Source of the DNA: Polyangiales bacterium
GTDB taxonomy: Bacteria; Myxococcota_A; Polyangia; Polyangiales; JADJQN01
Assembly: GCA_964202905.1 (NCBI GenBank)
Contig: CAXNJO010000001.1
Location: forward strand, 672,001-736,000
Reading direction: 5' to 3'
DNA length: 64,000 bases
The notes under the pieces were generated by a model that was given only the letters and a program-made list of their open reading frames with translations, made no database searches and was not told the origin of the DNA. Shown piece by piece: positions 32,101 to 43,042 of the stretch (the stretch's first letter is position 1; each line of letters begins with the position of its first letter). Position numbers and translations under genes: made by a program.

Positions 32101-35100
32101 GATCTATCCGAACAACACGCTCAACGACACGACTCCAAGCTGGTCCGGCACCATCACCGGCGCGCGCGTGCGTATCCGGAGTGGCACGGGTGCCGGGCAG
32201 GAGAGCACGGTCACGGCCAACACGGCGACCCAGCTCACCGTGTCGCCGGCATGGACGACCCCACCGAACGCGACGAGCGTCTACGAGGTGATCGCGGCCT
32301 CGGAGCTTAACAAACTCTACGACACCACCAAGACGTGGGCGGTCAACCAGTTCACGACGTTCACCTATGTCGTGCGGATCACCGGTGGTCGCGGTTCGGG
32401 GCAGTCGGCCACGGTGACCGCCAACTCCGCCAACGTCCTGACCGTCTCGCCCGCGTGGCCGATCCTCCCGGATACGACCAGCACCTACGAGATCGCCGAG
32501 GCGCTCTTCAACGACAAGCTCTATGACCTGACTCCGAGCTGGACGGGCAGCGTCGGCGGCGCGCGCGTGCGCATCCTGAGCGGCACCGGGGCGGGCCAGG
32601 AGCGCAACATCACGGCAAGCGCTGCGACTCGCCTCACCGTCTCGCTCGCTTGGACGACCCTCCCGGACGCGACGAGCGTCTACGAGGTGATCGCGGCGGC
32701 CGATCTCAACAAGCTCTACGACACGACGCGCAGCTGGACGCTCAATCAGTTCATGGGCTTCACCGTCACCATCACCGGCGGTCGTGGTGCCGGCCAATTC
32801 GCCGCCGTCTCCTCGAACACGGCGACCGTGCTCACGGTCGCGGCCGCGTGGGCGACCCTGCCGGACGCGACGAGCACGTACGACATCCGCGAGGCGGCCT
32901 TCAACACGCGGCTCTACGACACGACCACGCCCGGTTGGACGGGGACCGTGACGGGCTCGACGGTGTTCATCACCTCGGGAACGGGGGCCGGCCAGAACCG
33001 CGTGATCTCGTCCAACACGCCGACGGTGTTGAACGTCACCCCCGCTTGGGTGACGCAGCCGGACGCGACGAGCAACTACGAGGTCGTCGCCGCCGCGGAC
33101 GTCGTCCGCCTCTACGACACGACGAAGAGTTGGGTGGTCAACCAGTTCATGACTGGCTATGTGGTGAACATCCTCTCGGGTGCAGGCGTGGGCCAGATCC
33201 GCGCGATCTCGAGCAACACCGCGAACGTCCTCACGGTCTCGGCGTGCGTGGGGCGACGATGCCCAACAACACGAGCACCTACGAGATCCGCGAGACGGTC
33301 AGCAACGACAAACTCTACGACACCTCGCCGAGCTGGGCGCCGGCGGACGTGCTCACGGGTCGGACGATCTTCCTGACCTCGGGCATCGGGCTCGGGCCAG
33401 TCGCGCGTCATCAGCGCGAACAACGCGAACAAGATCACCGTCTCGCCGGCGTGGGGCACGCTGCCGGATGCGACGACCGGGTACGCGATCGTCGCAGCGG
33501 CCGACCTCGCCAAGATGTACGTGCCCGTGCGTCCGTGGACGCCGGGCCAGTTCGTCGGCTTCACGCTCACCCTCACGGGCGGACCCGGCGCGGGGCAGTC
33601 GCGCCCGATCACGGCCAACTCGACGACGGACGTCACCGTCATGTCGGCTTGGATGACGCTGCCCGACGCCACGACGACCTACGAGATCCGTGAGACGGTC
33701 ATCAACAACCAGCTCTACGACATGACGCCTGCGTGGGCGGGAAGCGTGAACGGCTACACGCTGTTCCTCACGGCGGGCACGGGCGCCAGCCAGACCCGGA
33801 CGGTGACGGCGACGGCGCCGACGCGGCTCACCGTGAGCAGCCCGTGGGCCACGCAGCCCGATGCGACGACGCAGTACCGCCTGGTCGCGCCGGCGGTCTT
33901 CACGACGGTCACGGACACGACCAAGTCGTGGATCATGAACGAGTTCGCGACGGCGTTCACCTTCCGCATCGTCTCCGGCACGGGCGTTGGTCAGACGAGC
34001 GTGATCACCAGCAACACGAGCAACTCGCTGACGCTCGCGACGGCGCTGACGACGCTCCCGGACGCCACGACCGTCTACGAGATCCGCGAAACCGTCATCA
34101 ACGACAAGCTCTACGACACGACGCCGAGCTGGTCGGGGAGCGTGGTGGGCTCGACGGTGTTGCTGACGGGCGGGACGGGCGCGGGCCAGCTCCGCACGAT
34201 CTCTGCGAACACGACGACGAAGCTGACGGTGTCGGCGGTTTGGACGACGAACCCGGACGCGACGACGCAGTACGAGGTCATCCCGGCTGCGGAGCTGACG
34301 AAGCTCTACGACACGTCCAAGTCGTGGGCGATGAACCAGTTCACGCCCGGGTACATCGTGAGCATCCTGACGGGCGCGGGCGCGGGCCAGACGCGCAACG
34401 TCGTGTCGAACACGAACAACGTCGTCACGGTGGATGCGCCGTGGATGACGCTGCCGAACACGACGAGCACGTACGAGATCCGCGAAGCGGTGATCAACAA
34501 CAAGCTGTACGACGCGACGGTGCCGGGCTGGGTGACGGGCCTCGCGCTGAATGGCTCGACGGTGCTCCTGACGGGCGGCAGGGGCGCGGGCCAGTCGAAT
34601 ACGATCATGGCGAACACGGCGACGAAGCTGACGCTCAACAGCGCGTGGGCGCCGGAGCCGGATGCGACGACGACGTACGAGGTCGTGGCGCCGGCGGAGT
34701 TCACGAAGCTCTACGACACGACGAAGAGTTGGGTGGTCAACCAGTTCATGACTGGCTATGTGGTGAACATCCTGACGGGCGCGGGTGCGGGCCAGACGCG
34801 CCCCATCGTGTCGAACACGAACAACGTGCTGACGGTGTCTGCGCCGTGGTCACCGCTGCCGAACGCGACGAGCACGTACGTGATCCGCGAAGCGGTCACG
34901 AACGACAAGCTCTTCGACACGACGGTGCCGAGCTGGGCGCCTGCGGCCGCGTGCTGAACGGGCTCGACGGTGTTCATCACGGCAGGGCACGGGCGCGGGC
35001 CAGTCGCAGCACGATCACGGCGAACACGGCGACGCGCCTCACGGTCAACAGCGCGTGGGGCACGCAGCCGGACGGGACGAGCCAGTACGAGATCGTCGCG

Positions 35101-38100
35101 GCGGGCGAGTTCACGAAGCTGTACGACACGACGCGTTCGTGGACGCCCGGCCAGTTCGCGGGCTTCACGGTGACGATTATTGGGGGCGCGGGCGCGGGCC
35201 AGGTTCGCCCGGTGACGGGGAACGGCGCGACGGACCTGACGGTGTCTGGGGCGTGGATGACGCTGCCGAACAGCACGAGCACGTACGAGATCCGCGAGAC
35301 GGTGATCAACGACAAGCTCTACGACACCACAGTGCCGGCGTGGTCGGGGGTCGTGAGTGGGTTGACGCTGGTGCTGACGGGCGGGACGGGCGCGGGTCAG
35401 ATCCGCACGATCTCTGCGAACACGGCGACGAAGCTGACGGTGTCGGCGGTGTGGACGACGCAGCCGGACGCGACGACGCAGTACCTGGTTTTCGCGGGCA
35501 CGGAGCTGAGCCGTCTGTACGACACGACCAAGAGCTGGGTCGTGGGCGAGTTCATGGGCTTTGAGCTGAGCATCACGGCGGGTCCGGGAGCCGGTCAGAC
35601 GCGGACGGTGTCTTCGAACACGTTGAATTCGCTCACGATCTCGGCGCCGTGGATGACACTGCCCAGCACGGCGAGCACTTATGTGCTGCGTGAGGTGGTG
35701 GTCAACAACAAGCTCTACGACACGACGGTGCCTGCGTGGTCGGGGAGCGTGATGGGCTCGACGGTGTTGCTGACGGGCGGGACGGGCGCGGGCCAGCTCC
35801 GCACGATCTCGACGAACACGGCGACGAAGCTGACGGTGTCGGCGGTGTGGACGACGAACCCGGACGCGACGACGCAGTACGAGGTCATCCCGGCGGCGGA
35901 GCTGACGAAGCTCTACGACACGACCAAGTCGTGGGCGATGAACCAGTTCACGCCCGGGTACATCGTGAGCATCCTGACGGGCGCGGGCGCGGGCCAGACG
36001 CGCAACGTCGTGTCGAACACGAACAACGTCGTCACGGTGGATGCGCCGTGGATGACGCTGCCGAACACGACGAGCACGTACGAGATCCGCGAAGCGGTGA
36101 TCAACAACAAGCTGTACGACGCGACGGTGCCGGGCTGGGTGACGGGCCTCGCGCTGAATGGCTCGACGGTGCTCCTGACGGGCGGCAGGGGCGCGGGCCA
36201 GTCGAATACGATCATGGCGAACACGGCGACGAAGCTGACGCTCAACAGCGCGTGGGCCGCCGGAGCCGGATGCGACGACGACGTACGAGGTCGTGGCGCC
36301 GGCGGAGTTCACGAAGCTCTACGACACGACGAAGAGTTGGGTGGTCAACCAGTTCATGACTGGCTATGTGGTGAACATCCTGACGGGCGCGGGTGCGGGC
36401 CAGACGCGCCCCATCGTGTCGAACACGAACAACGTGCTGACGGTGTCTGCGCCGTGGTCACCGCTGCCGAACGCGACGAGCACGTACGTGATCCGCGAAG
36501 CGGTCGTGAGCGACAAGCTGTTCGACACGACGGTGCCGGGCTGGGTAACGGGCCCCGCGTTGAACGGCTCGACGGTGTTCATCACGGCAGGGACGGGCGC
36601 GGGTCAGTCGCGCACGATCACGGCGAACACGGCGACGCGCCTCACGGTCAACAGCGCGTGGGGCACGCAGCCGGACGGGACGAGCCAGTACGAGATCGTC
36701 GCGGCGGGCGAGTTCACGAAGCTGTACGACACGACGCGTTCGTGGACGCCCGGCCAGTTCGCGGGCTTCACGGTGACGATTATTGGGGGCGCGGGCGCGG
36801 GCCAGGTTCGCCCGGTGACGGGGAACGGCGCGACGGACCTGACGGTGTCTGGGGCGTGGATGACGCTGCCGAACAGCACGAGCACGTACGAGATCCGCGA
36901 GACGGTGATCAACGACAAGCTCTACGACACCACAGTGCCGGCGTGGTCGGGGGTCGTGAGTGGGTTGACGCTGGTGCTGACGGGCGGGACGGGCGCGGGT
37001 CAGATCCGCACGATCTCTGACGAACACGGCGACGAAGCTGACGGTGTCGGCGGTGTGGACGACGCAGCCGGACGCGACGACGCAGTATGTGGTCCTCGCC
37101 AGCACCGAGCTGAGCCGTCTCTACGACACGACCAAGAGCTGGGTCGTGGGCGAGTTCATGGGCTTTGAGCTGAGCATCACGGCGGGTCCGGGAGCCGGTC
37201 AGACGCGGACGGTGTCTTCGAACACGTTGAATTCGCTCACGATCTCGGCGCCGTGGATGACACTGCCCAGCACGGCGAGCACTTATGTGCTGCGTGAGGT
37301 GGTGGTCAACAACAAGCTCTACGACACGACGGTGCCTGCGTGGTCGGGGAGCGTGATGGGCTCGACGGTGTTGCTGACGGGCGGGACGGGCGCGGGCCAG
37401 CTCCGCACGATCTCTGACGAACACGGCGACGAAGCTGACGGTGTCGGCGGTTTGGACGACGAACCCGGACGCGACGACGCAGTACGAGGTCATCCCGGCT
37501 GCGGAGCTGACGAAGCTCTACGACACGACCAAGTCGTGGGCGATGAACCAGTTCACGCCCGGGTACATCGTGAGCATCCTGACGGGCGCGGGCGCGGGCC
37601 AGACGCGCAACGTCGTGTCGAACACGAACAACGTCGTCACGGTGGATGCGCCGTGGATGACGCTGCCGAACACGACGAGCACGTACGAGATCCGCGAAGC
37701 GGTGATCAACAACAAGCTGTACGACGCGACGGTGCCGGGCTGGGTGACGGGCCTCGCGCTGAATGGCTCGACGGTGCTCCTGACGGGCGGCAGGGGCGCG
37801 GGCCAGTCGAATACGATCATGGCGAACACGGCGACGAAGCTGACGCTCAACAGCGCGTGGGCCATCGAGCCGGACGCGACGACGACGTACGAGGTCGTGG
37901 CGCCGGCGGAGTTCACGAAGCTCTACGACACGACGAAGAGTTGGGTGGTCAACCAGTTCATGACTGGCTATGTGGTGAACATCCTGACGGGCGCGGGTGC
38001 GGGCCAGACGCGCCCCATCGTGTCGAACACGAACAACGTGCTGACGGTGTCTGCGCCGTGGTCACCGCTGCCGAACGCGACGAGCACGTACGTGATCCGC

Positions 38101-41100
38101 GAAGCGGTCGTGAGCGACAAGCTGTTCGACACGACGGTGCCGGGCTGGGTAACGGGCCCCGCGTTGAACGGCTCGACGGTGTTCATCACGGCAGGGACGG
38201 GCGCGGGTCAGTCGCGCACGATCACGGCGAACACGGCGACGCGCCTCACGGTCAACAGCGCGTGGGGCACGCAGCCGGACGGGACGAGCCAGTACGAGAT
38301 CGTCGCGGCGGGCGAGTTCACGAAGCTGTACGACACGACGCGTTCGTGGACGCCCGGCCAGTTCGCGGGCTTCACGGTGACGATTATTGGGGGCGCGGGC
38401 GCGGGCCAGGTTCGCCCGGTGACGGGGAACGGCGCGACGGACCTGACGGTGTCTGGGGCGTGGATGACGCTGCCGAACAGCACGAGCACGTACGAGATCC
38501 GCGAGACGGTGATCAACGACAAGCTCTACGACACCACAGTGCCGGCGTGGTCGGGGGTCGTGAGTGGGTTGACGCTGGTGCTGACGGGCGGGACGGGCGC
38601 GGGTCAGATCCGCACGATCTCTGACGAACACGGCGACGAAGCTGACGGTGTCGGCGGTGTGGACGACGCAGCCGGACGCGACGACGCAGTACCTGGTCCT
38701 CGCCAGCACCGAGCTGAGCCGTCTCTACGACACGACCAAGAGCTGGGTCGTGGGCGAGTTCATGGGCTTTGAGCTGAGCATCACGGCGGGTCCGGGAGCC
38801 GGTCAGACGCGGACGGTGTCTTCGAACACGTTGAATTCGCTCACGATCTCGGCGCCGTGGATGACACTGCCCAGCACGGCGAGCACTTATGTGCTGCGTG
38901 AGGTGGTGGTCAACAACAAGCTCTACGACACGACGGTGCCTGCGTGGTCGGGGAGCGTGGCGGGTTCGACGGTGTTGCTGACGGGCGGGACGGGCGCGGG
39001 CCAGCTCCGCACGATCTCTGACGAACACGGCGACGAAGCTGACGGTGTCGGCGGTGTGGACGACGAACCCGGACGCGACGACGCAGTACGAGGTCATCCC
39101 GGCTGCGGAGCTGACGAAGCTCTACGACACGACCAAGTCGTGGGCGATGAACCAGTTCACGCCCGGGTACATCGTGAGCATCCTGACGGGCGCGGGCGCG
39201 GGCCAGACGCGCAACGTCGTGTCGAACACGAACAACGTCGTCACGGTGGATGCGCCGTGGATGACGCTGCCGAACACGACGAGCACGTACGAGATCCGCG
39301 AAGCGGTGATCAACAACAAGCTGTACGACGCGACGGTGCCGGGCTGGGTGACGGGCCTCGCGCTGAATGGCTCGACGGTGCTCCTGACGGGCGGCAGGGG
39401 CGCGGGCCAGTCGAATACGATCATGGCGAACACGGCGACGAAGCTGACGCTCAACAGCGCGTGGGCCATCGAGCCGGACGCGACGACGACGTACGAGGTC
39501 GTGGCGCCGGCGGAGTTCACGAAGCTCTACGACACGACGAAGAGTTGGGTGGTCAACCAGTTCATGACTGGCTATGTGGTGAACATCCTGACGGGCGCGG
39601 GTGCGGGCCAGACGCGCCCCATCGTGTCGAACACGAACAACGTGCTGACGGTGTCTGCGCCGTGGTCACCGCTGCCGAACGCGACGAGCACGTACGAGAT
39701 CCGCGAGACCGTCGTGAGCGACAAGCTCTACGACACGACAGCGCCGAGCTGGGTAATGGGCACCGCGTCGTACGGCTCGACCGTGTTCATCACCGCGGGG
39801 ACGGGCGCGGGGCAGTCGCGCGTCGATCACGGCGAACACCGCGACCCGCCTGACGCTCGCCTCGAGCTGGGTGACGCTGCCCGACGCGACGAGCCAGTAC
39901 CGGATCGCCGGGGCCGCCGATGTGCTGCGCCTCCTCGATGCGGGCGCGGGATGGACGGTGGATCGGTTCGTCGGATACACGGTCGAGATCCTCTCCGGCG
40001 CGGGCGCGGGTCAGACGCGCGTGATCAGCTCGAACACCGTCGACGTCCTCACGGTCACCACCGCCTGGACGACGCTGCCGGACGCGACGAGCAACTACCA
40101 GATCCGCGAGACCAACCTCGCCGACAAGCTCTTCGACACGACGAAGAGCTGGACGACGAACGTCTACGCGGGCACGACGGTCACCATCACGGGCGGGACG
40201 GGCGTCGGCCAGGTCCGCACGGTGGTGAGCAACACGAACAACCGCCTCACCGTCACGCCCGCGTGGGCCACGCTGCCCGGCGCGACGACCACGTACCGGG
40301 TCGGGACTGGCGCCGTCGGCGAGCTCAACAAGCTCTACGACTTCACGCAGGCGTGGGTCCCCGGGAGCCTCGTGGGCTTCACGGTCCGGATCACCGGCGG
40401 TCTCGGCTCGGGTCAGACCCGCACGATCTCCGCCAACGACGCGACCAGCGTCACCGTCTCGGTGAACTGGGTCACCGTGCCGAACACGACGAGCACGTAT
40501 GAGATCACGGGTCTCAACAACGTGCTCTACGACCTCGACCTCCCGACGCCCTGGGCGACCAACCAGTTCGCCGGTTACAAACTCTTCATCAGCTCGGGGC
40601 GCGGCGCGGGTCAGACGCGCACGGTCTCCGGCAACGCCGCGCGCACCCTCACCGTCTCGGCGGCGTGGGCGACGATCCCCGACACCACGAGCGTCTACCA
40701 GCTCTCGAACGAGGACTACTACACCCCGTACTTCGCGGGTGGCCACGTGCCTCCGACCTACACGCAGACCGTGGCCGCGCTGAACGCGCGCGGCATCAAG
40801 GTCATCGTCGTCGATTCGAGCGGCGGCTACGCCCCCGCGCTCCGAGACGCGCGGGAGATCGCCACGGCGACCGGCGCCCTCGGGCCGACGGGCGCGCCGC
40901 TCGTCTACAGCATCAGCCCCTCCGGAACGGGTCTCGGGACGGCGGTCGCGAGCGCGGTCGCCGACCTCGCGAGCTACTCGCGTCTGGACATCACCGCGCG
41001 CGCCAACGACAACCCGGCGACGCCGTTCGACGAGCGCACGCTCGTGGCGTCGATCCTCGCGGTGGCGGGCTCGTACGCGCCCGGTCGCTGCACGGGGATC

Positions 41101-41649
41101 ACCGGCGGCGTGCAGTTCAACCAGTGCCTGCCGGGCACCGGCGTGACCTTCCAGGTCAACTTCACGGGCGTCGTCATGCCGACCAGCGTGCCGCAGCGCT
41201 TCGATTTCACGATCGACACGCTCGGCAACGGCAGCCAGATCATATCGACGACGCCCGTCACGATCATCATCCCGCCGACCTCGCCCGCGTATCCGCCCAG
41301 CGGCACGTACACGCGCGACTTCGACGCCACGATGCGCTGCGCCGGCACGGAGGTTCCGCGCTGGGGCAACCTGTCGTGGACGGCGACGCTCCCCACGGGC
41401 ACCAGCATCTCCTGGACGCTGCGCTCGGCGACGACGACGGCGGCCCTCGCCGCGGCGACGCCGGTGACCTTCTCGACGCCGACCTTGAGCAGCCCGCAGA
41501 ACGCCGGCAGCCAGCTGATCGCCGGCGGGGTTCCCGCGACCCTGCCCCACATGCGCGTGACCGCGACGCTGAACTCCAACGCGGCGCGCAGCGCGGCGCC
41601 GACCCTCTCGAGCTTCAACCTGCTCTACGACTGCGTGGCGGGCGAGTAG
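29177..41649 (+). CDS. Giant VWA-domain lipoprotein adhesin (~4,150 aa) with a 45-strand + 45-module repeat insertion; split into several ORFs by single-base insertions
   Basis: Lipobox LTA-C-SEED, CTDGDGDGFG…DCDD and DADGDGVPD Ca/metal-binding motifs, MIDAS-like YFLMDTTGSM, and ILFTDAPFH. Repeat arrays span 30392-40710. The VWA resumes at PPTYTQTVAALNARGIKVIVV, followed by C-terminal beta domains. Frame changes at ~33245, ~33390, ~34950-35010, ~36258, 37013, 37410, 38617, 39014 and 39825. Confidence 0.85.
30625..31335 (+). repeat. Three near-identical tandem 234-bp (78-aa) units, each made of 8 TGTAT-type strands
   Basis: RTTGTATNQVPLTGTPTAFPGTAGTATASVTTGTATNYPRISGLATAEPVVNGTAT.YARTTGTADNARVTGTATQYV occurs three times. 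The antisense ORFs 30736-30969 and 30970-31203 confirm the 234-bp period. Confidence 0.95.
34100..39720 (+). repeat. About 3.5 near-identical tandem ~1602-bp (534-aa) units, each made of 8 ~66-aa modules
   Basis: The marker AAGAGTTGGGTGGTCAACCAG occurs at 34724, 36332, 37936 and 39540 (spacing 1608/1604/1604, i.e. 1602 plus extra bases). Confidence 0.93.
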
Positions 41650-41665
41650 CGCGCGGCGGGACGCG

Positions 41666-43042
41666 ATGAGCGAGACCGCCACGTACACCGCGCGGCCCCG
41701 GGCGCCCGGACCCTCCGGGCGCTACGGGCTGCGCAACGTCGCGCGGTTCGTGCGCGACCCGCTCTCGTTCCTGCGCGGGCTCTCGACGCGGTACGGCGAC
41801 GTCGTGCAGCTGAAGCTGCTCGGCAAGCCGTACTTCGTGCTCAGCCACCCGGACGACATCGAGGCGGTCCTCGTGCAGCACGCGCGCTCGATGGGGCGCG
41901 ACGAGTACGTCGAGGTGCTCAAGAACGCGCTCGGGCTCGGACTGCTCACGAGCGACGGCGAGCTCTGGAAGCGGCAGCGCAAGCTGATGTCGCAGGCCTT
42001 CGCGCCGCGCCGCATCGCGGCGTACGCCGACGCGATGGCGCGCGTCACGGACGCGGGGCTCACGCGCTGGCGGGATGGCGCGGTCGTGAACCTCCACGCG
42101 GAGATGTCGCGGCTCACGATGGAGGTCGTCGCCGAGGTGCTCTTCGGCGCGGGACTTCGGGCCGACGACGTCGCGCTCGTCGGGCACGCGATGGAGGAGG
42201 TCAACGCCTTCTTCGCGAACAGCCCCGAGGCGCTGTTGAAGATCCCCACGCGCGTGCCGACGCCGCGCAACCGCCGCTTCGTGAAGGCCGTCGCGGCGCT
42301 CGACACGCTGCTCTTCCGCATCCTCGCCGAGCGCCGCGCCGGGCCCGCGCGCGACGACCTGCTCGGCACGCTGCTCGCCGCGCAGGACGACGACGGCGCG
42401 CGCATGAGCGATCAGCAGCTGCGCGACGAGGCGATCACGCTCTTTCTCGCGGGGCACGAGACGACGGCGCTCGCGCTCGCGCACACGCTCTACCTCCTCG
42501 CGCGGCACCCCGAGATCGAGAAGAAACTCCACGCCGAGCTGCGCGCGGTGCTCGGCGATCGCCTGCCGACGGCCGCGGACGTGCGCGCGCTGCCCTACAC
42601 GGAGTGCGTGCTCAAGGAGGCGATGCGCCTCTATCCGCCCGCGTGGACGACGGGGCGCGAGGTGCTCGAGCCGATCGAGGTGCGCGGCGTGTCCATGCCG
42701 AAGGGCGCGCAGATCTTCTTGAGTCAGTGGGTCGTACACCACGATGCGCGATGGTTTCCGGATCCGGAGCGCTTCGACCCCGAGCGCTTCACACCCGAGC
42801 GCGCGAAGGCGCTGCCGCGCTACGCGTACTTCCCCTTCGGCGGCGGGCCGCGCATCTGCATCGGCAATCATTTCGCGATGATGGAGGCGACGCTGATGCT
42901 CGCGCTCATCGTCGGGCGCTGGCAGCTCGCGCTCGAGCCCGGACAGAAGCTCGAGCTCGCGCCTTCGGTGACGCTGCGGCAGCGCGGGCCGGGCCTGCGC
43001 GTGCGGCTGCGTTCGCGTCCGCGTGAGAGCGTGTCGGCATGA
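41666..43042 (+). CDS. Cytochrome P450
   Basis: AGHETT I-helix, EAMR (ExxR), PERF and FGGGPRICIG heme-Cys. Confidence 0.96.
   Translation: MSETATYTARPRAPGPSGRYGLRNVARFVRDPLSFLRGLSTRYGDVVQLKLLGKPYFVLSHPDDIEAVLVQHARSMGRDEYVEVLKNALGLGLLTSDGELWKRQRKLMSQAFAPRRIAAYADAMARVTDAGLTRWRDGAVVNLHAEMSRLTMEVVAEVLFGAGLRADDVALVGHAMEEVNAFFANSPEALLKIPTRVPTPRNRRFVKAVAALDTLLFRILAERRAGPARDDLLGTLLAAQDDDGARMSDQQLRDEAITLFLAGHETTALALAHTLYLLARHPEIEKKLHAELRAVLGDRLPTAADVRALPYTECVLKEAMRLYPPAWTTGREVLEPIEVRGVSMPKGAQIFLSQWVVHHDARWFPDPERFDPERFTPERAKALPRYAYFPFGGGPRICIGNHFAMMEATLMLALIVGRWQLALEPGQKLELAPSVTLRQRGPGLRVRLRSRPRESVSA

Noticed and set aside
37013..39026. Programmed ribosomal frameshifting at the repeated ATCTCTGAC site
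   Set aside because: There is no slippery heptamer and the TGA is not in frame. The site is best explained as a merge of two in-frame repeat variants.
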